From positions 108 to 64,107 of the forward strand of contig CABSNF010000001.1 of assembly GCA_902478995.1 (NCBI GenBank): a DNA stretch of 64,000 nucleotides, given 5' to 3'. The notes under the pieces are model-generated. The model did no database searches. It was not told the origin of the DNA and worked only from the letters and a program-made list of their open reading frames with translations. This document shows positions 9,392 to 18,743 of the stretch, piece by piece. The position numbers were made by a program, and so were the translations under genes. The DNA comes from an uncultured Collinsella sp. GTDB lineage: Bacteria > Actinomycetota > Coriobacteriia > Coriobacteriales > Coriobacteriaceae. The first letter of the stretch is position 1; every line of letters begins with the position of its first letter.

Positions 9392-9688
9392 ATATGTGGG
9401 GGATAGTATAACGCGGTTGTCTTGTTCGATACAAGGGTGGCGATGCTTGTTTTAGCTATGGAGATTCGTTTGAAAATCGCGTCAATTGTGGAGATGAGGA
9501 CCTTTGACCTCCTGTTCTCCTTATCTTCTACCTGCGCTTTTGCTTGATTGTTGTATTTGAGCTCAATTTGTCAGGAATTGGGCAAGCTTTTGGTCAGGCT
9601 CCGGTACTTACCCGCATGAACCTCGGGGGTAGCCTCATCCTACGCGTCGCAGCCTCCCCGTGCGGCGCACGAGGGATAAGGAGCAGCC

Positions 9689-12600
9689 ATGTCCAACGCA
9701 CCCACGCACTCTGTCCACAGCGCAATCGCAACAGGTCCGCTGCTCCTGCTCCTCTTCCTGCTTTTCGGCTGCCTGGCACCGGGAGCCGCATTTGCCGTCG
9801 ATGGCTACGACCAGCTCGGCTTCCGCACTATTAGCGATGATTGTGGGCCCTTCTTCATCGGCAAGTATGAAGCTCAAGACACCTCGATTGCCTACTGCAT
9901 GAACCAGGAGCGCCCCGGCCCCACCAAACCGGGCGGCCCATGGCTCAACTTTGATCAAGGCTGGGTGTGGCTCGACGACGAGTTCGCGGCAATCGTTTGT
10001 CACGGATATCCCACCACCACGTCGTTTGGCGGTTACCATCTTTCACCCGATCGCGCCCGCGCCGCCACCCAGCTTGCCGTATGGATGCTCAACGGCACTA
10101 CCCATGTCGACGGCACCTACTCCTACACGACCGCTCAGGGTAAAACCAAGAGCGGACACTTTACCGCCGACAATGAAGTCGTGGCGGCTGCGCGGTGGCT
10201 CCACGACAGCGCAAAATCAGGAAGCATCGAAGCCGCTCCGCACCGCGCGCGACGCTATCTAGGGGCCGTATCGGGCGGCAGCAAACGTCAAGACATGCTC
10301 TATGTACTGCCGGCGGTCTCTGTTTCCTTCCAAAAGCAGTCTGCTAACACCGTTATTACCAGCGGAAACAATACCTATCAGTTTACCGGGGCAACATTCG
10401 ATATTTTTGAGAGCGCCAGCGGCGCGCGTGTCGGCACCATCAAGATGGACAGCAACGGTCGAGCGCAAGCAACACTTCTGCCCAACACGGCATACTACCT
10501 AGTTGAAACGAAGGCGCCGGCCGGCTATGTCCCCCGCCACGATCGTATTGCCTTTACCACGGGGAATGACGGCGGGCGGGTCGCCATTGATGAACAGCCC
10601 GGCACCATCAATCTGCGTATCGTAAAACTCGATGCCGCGACGAATGCCGGCCCCCAGGTGGGATCTTCACTCGCAGGAGCAGAGTTCACGTGTGTGTCGC
10701 AATCAACCCCTGGATGGGCACAAATCCTCACGACCGACGAAAGCGGTCGGGCCACCCTCGCCGATGTCCCCTTAGGAACCTTTACCATCTACGAATCAAA
10801 AGCCCCCGAGGGCTACCTGCCATCCAACGACAGCTGGACCTATACCGTTGGAGCCGACCAGCTCGGCGATTCAGGCGTGGTCGAGATCGAATCTCGCGTT
10901 TCCGATATCCCCATTGCGTTTAACCTTGAGATTTCCAAATTCAAGGATTACGGCAATAGCGACCAATCCGGCCTGGAGCAGCCGGCGGAAGGTGTTGTCT
11001 TTGAGGTTGTCAGCAACAGCTCTCAGCAGGTTGTTGGCACACTGACCACAAACATCTATGGCTTTGCCTCCACCAAAGATCAGCCCGAAGCATGGTTCGG
11101 CGCAGGCAAGCGACCCGCCGGTGTCCACGGAGCCGTCCCATACGACCGTGCCGGCTACACGGTTCGCGAGGTTCCGGAAACCGTCCCCGAGGGTTTTAAA
11201 CGTGCAGGGGAATGGACCGTCGGGGCCAATCAGATTTCCGACGGCGCCGAGCTTCAATATATCGTGGACAACCACGCTCTGTCGACGCATCTCCAGATTG
11301 TAAAACGCGATGCCCAAACAGGCGCTTCTGTTCCCCTAGCCGGATTCACCTTCCAACTCCTCGACAGCAATCACGAACCTGTCTCACAAACTTGCTGGTA
11401 TCCAGCACATGACGTAATGGACACCTTTACGACTGACGCGACCGGGACCGTCACACTGCCCGAATCGCTCGTGCCGGGCACCTATTATGTACGCGAAACC
11501 TCGGCCAAAGAGCCCTATCTTGTCGGCGAAGAGATCGAGGTAAACATACCCGCCGACATGAACCTAACGCCCGTTGCAGTCGCCTCGTATTATGACCACG
11601 CCGCGACCGGAAACATCAGGATCGTTAAAACCGATGCCATAGACGGCAGCAGCCTCGCGGGCGCCGTCTTTGAGATCCGTGCCTCGGGTGATATCGTGCG
11701 CCCCGACGGTAGCATTGCCGCGCTCGACGGTGAGACTGTCGCGACCGTCACGACGGATGAAACTGGAGAAGCACGCGCGGACAACCTCCCGCTGGGACTT
11801 GGCACCGCACGCTACGAGGTTGTCGAGACTCAAGCGCCGGCAGGCTTCTTGCTCGATCGGACAACCCATATTGTCGACCTTACTTATGCCGACCAGAAAA
11901 CACCCGTTGTAGAAGCACGGCTTAACGTATCCGACGATTACACCAAGGTTGATATCTCCAAGGTCGATGCAAGCGGTGAGCAGGAAGTGGAAGGCGCACA
12001 ACTCACCTTATATGGTCCCGATAAAACCGAAATAGACTCCTGGACCTCATCCGACAAGCCACACCGCGTCGAACATCTTGCACCCGGCACCTACTCGTTG
12101 CGCGAAATGATGTCTCCGCGGACCTATGACCTTGCCGAGGAAATAACGTTTGAAATAAAGGATACGGGAGAAGTCCAAACCATCGCGATGAAGGATGCGC
12201 CCATCGAGATCAAGGGACAGGTCGACAAGCGTCAGGAACTTGTCCAACCTATCGAAAAGGGCCTGTTGGCTAACGGCGATGGTAAAAACCGCGCCACGAC
12301 GCAAACCAATAGTGATGGGCTTTTCTCCTATACCATCGATGCTCGAAACGATTCCGCTACTTGGGTTGATGAGTTTACGATTACCGATGATCTTGAGTGC
12401 GCCAAAGACGGCACAGCGAGATTCATCTCAATCGAAACCCCCGTCGCCATCGGCGACCTCAACGGTCTGTGCAACGTATGGTATCGCACGACGCCGTTGG
12501 ACTCGACAGACGTCGGTGAGCCGGCAAACGCGACACTTGACGATGGGCACGAAAATCCTTGGCTTGAGTCCGACGAAGTAAAAGAGAGCCTTGGTGAGGA

Positions 12601-13120
12601 CTGTCGCCTCGTCGATTACGACGGCTGGCGCCTCTGGAAGGCGGATGTCTCGACCACGGAATCCACCACACTCGAGGCGGAAGAGCTCGACCTTACACCC
12701 AATACCGTCGTAACAGGCATTCGAATTGAATACGGTGCGGTAGCCGCCGACTTTACGACTCGAAGCGATGCGGATTCTTGGACCCGCGATGATCTCAAAG
12801 ATGAGCACGACGACCTTGACGATGCCAAAGCAATCCTTGGCACAGACGCTCGGGGCGCAGTCGTACACATGCAGGCAACGTCGGCTTATACGCCCCAAAC
12901 CGCACTCACCAACAGCGCGCGCGTCGATCTTTGCCGCAACGGTGGCGGCGATAAACTTGAGTCACATGACGAGGACAGCGTCATTCAACGCTGTACCCTA
13001 CCGCAGGACCTACCGGCAACAGGATCAGTTCCCATCGCCGCTTGCATCACCGCGCTCCTGACCTCGGGTGCCGCAGCCCTATGGTTCGCTCGCCTTAGGT
13101 CGATCCCAAAGAAGCGCTAG
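9689..13120 (+). CDS. Sortase-anchored adhesin: signal peptide, thioester domain, about 6 SpaA/CnaB-like isopeptide repeats, LPxTG anchor
   Basis: AYCMN and TQLAVW motifs; repeated GAxF...YxxxETxAPxGY E-boxes; C-terminal LPATG, hydrophobic helix and PKKR. Confidence 0.88.
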   Translation: MSNAPTHSVHSAIATGPLLLLLFLLFGCLAPGAAFAVDGYDQLGFRTISDDCGPFFIGKYEAQDTSIAYCMNQERPGPTKPGGPWLNFDQGWVWLDDEFAAIVCHGYPTTTSFGGYHLSPDRARAATQLAVWMLNGTTHVDGTYSYTTAQGKTKSGHFTADNEVVAAARWLHDSAKSGSIEAAPHRARRYLGAVSGGSKRQDMLYVLPAVSVSFQKQSANTVITSGNNTYQFTGATFDIFESASGARVGTIKMDSNGRAQATLLPNTAYYLVETKAPAGYVPRHDRIAFTTGNDGGRVAIDEQPGTINLRIVKLDAATNAGPQVGSSLAGAEFTCVSQSTPGWAQILTTDESGRATLADVPLGTFTIYESKAPEGYLPSNDSWTYTVGADQLGDSGVVEIESRVSDIPIAFNLEISKFKDYGNSDQSGLEQPAEGVVFEVVSNSSQQVVGTLTTNIYGFASTKDQPEAWFGAGKRPAGVHGAVPYDRAGYTVREVPETVPEGFKRAGEWTVGANQISDGAELQYIVDNHALSTHLQIVKRDAQTGASVPLAGFTFQLLDSNHEPVSQTCWYPAHDVMDTFTTDATGTVTLPESLVPGTYYVRETSAKEPYLVGEEIEVNIPADMNLTPVAVASYYDHAATGNIRIVKTDAIDGSSLAGAVFEIRASGDIVRPDGSIAALDGETVATVTTDETGEARADNLPLGLGTARYEVVETQAPAGFLLDRTTHIVDLTYADQKTPVVEARLNVSDDYTKVDISKVDASGEQEVEGAQLTLYGPDKTEIDSWTSSDKPHRVEHLAPGTYSLREMMSPRTYDLAEEITFEIKDTGEVQTIAMKDAPIEIKGQVDKRQELVQPIEKGLLANGDGKNRATTQTNSDGLFSYTIDARNDSATWVDEFTITDDLECAKDGTARFISIETPVAIGDLNGLCNVWYRTTPLDSTDVGEPANATLDDGHENPWLESDEVKESLGEDCRLVDYDGWRLWKADVSTTESTTLEAEELDLTPNTVVTGIRIEYGAVAADFTTRSDADSWTRDDLKDEHDDLDDAKAILGTDARGAVVHMQATSAYTPQTALTNSARVDLCRNGGGDKLESHDEDSVIQRCTLPQDLPATGSVPIAACITALLTSGAAALWFARLRSIPKKR

Positions 13121-13127
13121 CGCGATG

Positions 13128-13165
13128 AAAAAGCGGGCGAGCCAGTCCCCTGGCTCGCCCGCTTT
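13128..13165. terminator. Bidirectional intrinsic terminator
   Basis: AAAAAGCGGGCGAGCCAG-TCCC-CTGGCTCGCCCGCTTT between convergent genes. Confidence 0.8.
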
Positions 13166-13186
13166 CAATCATTTAAATCGCCGCAT

Positions 13187-13405
13187 CTACTCTGCAGACG
13201 AAGATCCACCATCAACGATTGCCTGCTCGGACTCAGGAATCCCATCGGCACCCGTACTCTGTTCTTGCTCCACCTCTTCGCTGATTGCGGAGGCGGGGGT
13301 CGAGCCCTTTGCGCCCACGATGTAGGCAGCCCCAAATCCTAACGCAATGGCAATCAAGGTCAAAATCACGTAGACAGGCCAATGGCGCTTAATATACGAA
13401 AACAC
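13187..13405 (-). CDS. Small single-pass membrane protein
   Basis: AAGGAG RBS, N-terminal TM helix, acidic tail. Confidence 0.7.
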   Translation of the reverse strand: MFSYIKRHWPVYVILTLIAIALGFGAAYIVGAKGSTPASAISEEVEQEQSTGADGIPESEQAIVDGGSSSAE

Positions 13406-13426
13406 GTTGACTCCTTAGAGCTCCGT

Positions 13427-16400
13427 CTACGAACGGCGGATAACCTCGGTCACGACCTCGGATACCGTAGCAATGTTCGTCGGGTTGACATTGTGGGGCA
13501 GGTCGTCCTCGGTACGAGCGCAAGCCAGACGCGTGCCGTCCACGCCGGCGATGGTAAGGGCTCGGCGGCTCGCCTCGAGCGCAGCATAGGCATCGGTCTT
13601 GGCATAGGGCATCTCGAGCGCGCCACAATCGACATGGAACGACTTGCAGACCTTGCTGACCAGGTTCATGATGCGGCGATCGCCCTTGAGCAGTTGTTGT
13701 TCGCCCTCGACCGTCACCACCGAAAGCCTACCGGCGCCGACGGATTCAAGATTGATAAAGAATACGCCGCGGAGCTTATCGCGATGCGAAGCCAAGAAGG
13801 CCTTCATGCCAGCGCCATCACAATCCGAGGCGCCCGTTGCCACAAACCAGATATCGTGACCGAGCAGCTCATCATCGCCCATAGAGGCGACAGCCGAGAG
13901 CATATCTTCGGAAGAAGCGCCATCGGAAGACGTAGCGCCACCCTTCCAGCCATCGTTATCGTCCTCGAAGTTATCCCACGAACCGATACCGCGACCGGAC
14001 TTCTTGGCATCGTAATCGTCTTCGACGCCCAGCCAGTCACTCATGCTGTCCTGCTCGTTTTTCTTTTTACGGCCGAACAGACCACCCAGGCCGCGCTTAC
14101 TAGACTTGGGTGCCGCCGGGGCGGGAGCCGAAATGGTCTCGATCGGCTGTGCGCCCGACGCAACGGGCATAGGAGGCGCAACGGGTGCCGATGTGGGTTC
14201 GGGGCCTTGGGCGGTAGCAAAGGGATCGTTGACCTGTGCGGAGGGGTCGGGAAGGTCGAACAGCGACGTGCGAGACGCAACGTTTGCCTGCTTCATAGAC
14301 GGCAGCGACGGATCGGGGACCGAAGCCAGCGGAGACGAGGAAGGTGCAGGCGACGGTGCCGACGCCGGATCGGGAACATTCATCTGCGGGCGCGGCGATG
14401 CCTGGGAGGAAATCTGGGCCATAAGGGAATCGACCGTTTCGTCCTGGGTGGGAGCGACATTGGCAACCGTGGCACCGGAACCACTCGGGGTCGGCATGGT
14501 GAAAATCTGCGTGGAATAAGGCCTCGACTCATCCGTCTCGGGAGTCTCGGAAACCGCAGGCACTTCCTCCTGCTCGACCTCGGTCGAATCATCTTGCTCG
14601 GCTGCCGCGTATTGCTCTTCGTCAGAGTTGGCCTCGACGGGCTCGTCCTCGGCGGCATCTTGGATTTCGGCAGCATCAACAGGCTCGTCATCGTCTGCCG
14701 CGTCGCCCTGCTCATCGGAAACAGGAAGGGGCTCGGCAATCGCGGTGCCCTGTTTTTCAAACGTTATCGTGGAATCGAACTGCGCGGCATCAAACGACAT
14801 GGTGCTATCGACGTGCTGCTGAGCCTCGAAAGACGTCGTCGCTTCAACAACATCCGCGGACGCCGGTTGCTGGGACTCAAAGGACGTTGTAGCTTCGGCG
14901 GCTTCGACGGGCGCGGACTGCATAGCCTCGTTCTGCTCGAACTCTTGCGCCGCGAGCTCACGTGCCGCCTCGGCTGCCTGCTGCTGAGCGATAGCCTCCT
15001 GCTCGGCAGCCTCGCGTGCGGCAGCGCGCTTCCCCTCGAAATCGTCGACAAATTTCTTGCCCTTTGCAAACGCACCCTTAAAGAAGTTGGAAGCGCTGGC
15101 GCCAATCGACGAGAACGCGGATGCAATGTCGGCATGCGGCGTTGCCGCGGGAATCTCGGCCGAGAAATCAGTATCGCTCTCGTAAGACACGCGCCTCGGT
15201 TGTTCAACGTAATCGTCGTCAGACTCGTCCGCAACGTCTTGCGCCGGTGCGGCGGGAGCCAAAATGTCCAGTCCTGCCGCGGGATCGAACGCGGACACCG
15301 CCTCGGGATCGGCAACGGCAGCGGTAACCGCGGCAGACTCATCATCCGCAGCGACAACGGGCGCAGGCGCAGCCACGACGGGGGCAGGCTCGGGCTCAAA
15401 CGTTGGCTCCTCGCCCTCCTCGTAATCGAGCGTGCAGGACTCGGGAAGCATTCCGAGCGCACGGATGGCATCCGAACCAAAGCGGATGTTGCCGGCGGCG
15501 TTGCGATAGAGCTTGGGCTCGGGCTCGGCAGACTCCTCCGCCGGCTCGGCAGCGGGGACCTCGTCATTGAACTCTTCGGCTTGGGCAGCCTGATTCTGAT
15601 CCTCGGGCACGATAGCGCCGATCAGCGTCTCGTCGGCAGACGCACCCTCAAAGCCCTCGATTTGCTCGTCGAAAGCCTCACCCTGTTCGGGCTCGGTCTG
15701 AGCGTCGGGAGCAATCGGCTGACCGAATTCGTCCTCGGCGTAGGTAGGCTCTTCATACTCGATGGTGTTGCCGTAGTCGTTTTGCTGCTGGGCCGCGGCA
15801 TATTCCGCCGCTGCGCGCGCCATTTCCTCGGCACGACGCTTCTGCTCCCCAAAATAGGTATCGAACGGAACATCGTCGGGAAACTCGTTTTCGCCCTGGA
15901 AGGGAGCAACGTTGTCCATAACGCCGAGCATAGCGGCGACAGAAGACTTGTTGCACACCGCGCCAGACGTATAGGGAAGAATGTGGCGGTTAGAGATGAT
16001 GTTTGCCGCGTTGGCAAGTGCAACGAGGGAAGCGAGGATCGCGACAATCCACAGCAGAACCTTGAGCGCGCCGGGGAGCGGCAGAATACGCAGGATGGCA
16101 ACGGCAGCGGGGGCAACCGTGGCAACGGGCAACAGCTTGGCGATGAGCGCACGATACGAAGCATAAGGCTCGCGGGCGAGCAGCTCAGCACGGGGAGAGT
16201 CGTAGTGTGCGACAACGACCACCGGGCGGTTACGCGGGGACGCGAGCGGGCCCGAGGCCTTGTGGTAGGCGATGACATTTTGGCTCACGCCCGTCTTGCC
16301 CAGGCGCGAAACCACGGGGTGGCCCGTGCGCTCGAGCACGTAAAGAACGGCGCCGACAATGGCCAGCAAGGTGCCGACCAAGCCGATACCGCCGCCGATG

Positions 16401-16618
16401 CCCATCAGCAGGGCGCCGGCAAACGCAAGAATACCGGTAACGGCAAATGCCAACCTACTGGGCGCCGGGGCATTGAACTCCTGAACCTCGGGGTCAAAGC
16501 CGTGGTTGCGGAAGATCTGAGCGATATCTTCGGCAGCCAAGCGCTCTTCTTCGCTGCATGCCGGCGTAATGCCGGTGTTCTGCAGCAGGTGGTTAATATA
16601 GTTCTGGGTGTTCGCCAT
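13427..16618 (-). CDS. Membrane protein with M28 peptidase-like fold interrupted by a very long acidic low-complexity insert
   Basis: VAHYDS, GAVCNKSS, FVATGASD, FINLESVG, KTDA segments; 4 TM helices; Ala/Glu/Pro-rich middle. Confidence 0.8.
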   Translation of the reverse strand: MANTQNYINHLLQNTGITPACSEEERLAAEDIAQIFRNHGFDPEVQEFNAPAPSRLAFAVTGILAFAGALLMGIGGGIGLVGTLLAIVGAVLYVLERTGHPVVSRLGKTGVSQNVIAYHKASGPLASPRNRPVVVVAHYDSPRAELLAREPYASYRALIAKLLPVATVAPAAVAILRILPLPGALKVLLWIVAILASLVALANAANIISNRHILPYTSGAVCNKSSVAAMLGVMDNVAPFQGENEFPDDVPFDTYFGEQKRRAEEMARAAAEYAAAQQQNDYGNTIEYEEPTYAEDEFGQPIAPDAQTEPEQGEAFDEQIEGFEGASADETLIGAIVPEDQNQAAQAEEFNDEVPAAEPAEESAEPEPKLYRNAAGNIRFGSDAIRALGMLPESCTLDYEEGEEPTFEPEPAPVVAAPAPVVAADDESAAVTAAVADPEAVSAFDPAAGLDILAPAAPAQDVADESDDDYVEQPRRVSYESDTDFSAEIPAATPHADIASAFSSIGASASNFFKGAFAKGKKFVDDFEGKRAAAREAAEQEAIAQQQAAEAARELAAQEFEQNEAMQSAPVEAAEATTSFESQQPASADVVEATTSFEAQQHVDSTMSFDAAQFDSTITFEKQGTAIAEPLPVSDEQGDAADDDEPVDAAEIQDAAEDEPVEANSDEEQYAAAEQDDSTEVEQEEVPAVSETPETDESRPYSTQIFTMPTPSGSGATVANVAPTQDETVDSLMAQISSQASPRPQMNVPDPASAPSPAPSSSPLASVPDPSLPSMKQANVASRTSLFDLPDPSAQVNDPFATAQGPEPTSAPVAPPMPVASGAQPIETISAPAPAAPKSSKRGLGGLFGRKKKNEQDSMSDWLGVEDDYDAKKSGRGIGSWDNFEDDNDGWKGGATSSDGASSEDMLSAVASMGDDELLGHDIWFVATGASDCDGAGMKAFLASHRDKLRGVFFINLESVGAGRLSVVTVEGEQQLLKGDRRIMNLVSKVCKSFHVDCGALEMPYAKTDAYAALEASRRALTIAGVDGTRLACARTEDDLPHNVNPTNIATVSEVVTEVIRRS

Positions 16619-16816
16619 GTGCGCTCCACATCCATAATCCGACAAATAGGCCCAATGCATGCACATTAGAACCGTATATAGTCGAAAGTATACCCCGAGC
16701 GAGCGCAAACGACCGAATTCGGGCCATCTTAACGCCCCGAGCGGACAAGGATATAGCCTAATCTCCATATCGGACTAAAATCATGGCAGCAAACCACCTT
16801 CTCATGCGAGGACTCT

Positions 16817-17839
16817 ATGACGGCAAGCGACACGACCGAGACAATTAAAAAGGGAAATTCGGAGCCCAGTTTCGATAAAACGGCTCAGCGCATCCTCAAT
16901 CTTTTCTTTGTGCTCAATAGCTCCCCCGAACCGCTGACGACCGAGCAGATCGTCTTGGATTCTGACCTGGGATATGGCTCGGGCAATATCGACTCGGATA
17001 AGCGCAAGTTTCGACGCGATCGTGACAAGCTGCTCGAACGCGGCATCTTAATCAAGGAGGTTCGCCCCACCGGCGCGCAGGAGACCGAGGAAAGCTCGTG
17101 GACAATCGACCGCGAGCACACGTTTGCGGCAGGCGGCCTCATTACCGCAGACGACGCCGATATCCTGCTCAACGCCATCGACCAGACACTAGCGGCCGGC
17201 TCATCCACTTTTGCCGCACCGCTTGCCGATATTCGCTCCAAGATTGCCTATCTCACCGGCAGGACGACGGTAGACGAGGCGCCGATCAGCCGCTCTCCCA
17301 CCGTCGATGCGGTTTGGAGCGCCTTTGCCGAGCGATGCGCGCTGCGATTTTTATATCAGAACGGACGCGGCGAGCAGAGAGAACGTACCGTCTACGTCTA
17401 CGGCATGTTCGAGCGCGAGGGCGTGGCTTACTTCTGCGGCCTCGACAACGTCACCGACGACATCAGGACATTCCGCTGCGACCGTATCGTTCGCGCTTGG
17501 CGTCCTTCGAAGGCCTACGTCATCCCCGCGGACTTCAACCTCAGCGACTACCTGTTCTTTGAATTCGATTTTGCCGACCGACCGCCCGTTGCAGCCACGT
17601 TCTCATTCGCCCCTCAGACGCAGATCGATATGATCAACGGTCTCACGCGTGGGCGAGGTGAGCTCGTACACACCGATGTGGGATGGACCTGGACCGTTGA
17701 CGTGCGCGATCTTGAAGCCGGCGCCTCATTTTGCATGGCCCACGCCATGGACGGCATGAGGCCCGTGGCCCCCAAATCGCTCAAACAGGCGTGGAACCAC
17801 CTCATTGAAAGGACGGTGCACGAGTATGCCCGTGCGTAA
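16817..17839 (+). CDS. HTH-WYL domain transcriptional regulator (PafB-like)
   Basis: N-terminal HTH with RKFRRDRDKLLERGI; WYL-like FLY...ERTV...AYFCG...IRTFRCDRI; IPADFNL. Confidence 0.85.
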   Translation: MTASDTTETIKKGNSEPSFDKTAQRILNLFFVLNSSPEPLTTEQIVLDSDLGYGSGNIDSDKRKFRRDRDKLLERGILIKEVRPTGAQETEESSWTIDREHTFAAGGLITADDADILLNAIDQTLAAGSSTFAAPLADIRSKIAYLTGRTTVDEAPISRSPTVDAVWSAFAERCALRFLYQNGRGEQRERTVYVYGMFEREGVAYFCGLDNVTDDIRTFRCDRIVRAWRPSKAYVIPADFNLSDYLFFEFDFADRPPVAATFSFAPQTQIDMINGLTRGRGELVHTDVGWTWTVDVRDLEAGASFCMAHAMDGMRPVAPKSLKQAWNHLIERTVHEYARA

Positions 17840-18743
17840 ACTCACCAGCGAGCAGAGACTCTCGCGCGCCATCGACATCATGGAGGCCCTCTACGCCGCC
17901 GGCGAGAGCGGCATGACACGGACCGAGATTTGCAGTCGCTTTGACATCACGGGGGTATCGCTCGACGAGATTCTCGAGATCGTCTCGACGCTCGCGGACC
18001 GAGAATCGGGCGCGCGCATCATCTGCGAATGCCGCGGCGAGCGTGTGGTCCTCACCGGTGACGCCGGGCGTGTGCTACCGCTGCGCTTGAGTGCCGCCGA
18101 GGGCGCTGTGCTCAACCATGAACTTGAATCGTTGGGGATCGAGCCGCATACGGCAGCTCGGATTCGACATGCCCTTCTACCCGAAGAGCTCGGCTATAAC
18201 CAGCGCGTCTTTGACACCGTCAACCACGGGTCGCACTGGCAGCAGCTGAGCTGCGCCATTCAGGACGGTGTTCGCTGCCGCATCTCGTATCGCTCGATGG
18301 ACGATGCACGGCCACGTGAGCGTCTGGTCGACCCCTTGCGCATTACGGCAAACGGCGACCAAACATACCTGATTGCCTGGGACATCGCGGTCGATGAGCA
18401 GCGCACCTATCGCATGGATAAAATCGAGGGACTCGCCTTGACGGAAGACTCCGTCGTGCCTCACACACCGGACGTCGCATCCCTCCACGATTCCCTTGCC
18501 CGGACGCAGCGCAGCGCAAAGCTCTTGATGCCATTCGATATGGCGGAGCATCTGGACTGGGCCGGCATCACCCTAATCGAGCGCGGCGGGGCAGACATGG
18601 CAACGGTAACCGTGCATTACGGCTCCGAGCGTTGGCTACTGAGCCAGGTAATCGCAGCGGGCGGAGCCATCCGCATCTTGGATGACCCCGCCCTGTCAAA
18701 GCGCCTGTGCGATATGGCAAAAACCCTCGTCTGTCCGCTTTAG
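17826..18743 (+). CDS. HTH-WYL domain transcriptional regulator (PafC-like)
   Basis: PLRLSAAEGAVL; ISY...RLVDPLRI...YLIAW...RTYRMDKI; C-terminal WLLSQVIAAGG..ILDDP (WCX-like); overlaps the upstream stop. Confidence 0.85.
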   Translation: MPVRKLTSEQRLSRAIDIMEALYAAGESGMTRTEICSRFDITGVSLDEILEIVSTLADRESGARIICECRGERVVLTGDAGRVLPLRLSAAEGAVLNHELESLGIEPHTAARIRHALLPEELGYNQRVFDTVNHGSHWQQLSCAIQDGVRCRISYRSMDDARPRERLVDPLRITANGDQTYLIAWDIAVDEQRTYRMDKIEGLALTEDSVVPHTPDVASLHDSLARTQRSAKLLMPFDMAEHLDWAGITLIERGGADMATVTVHYGSERWLLSQVIAAGGAIRILDDPALSKRLCDMAKTLVCPL

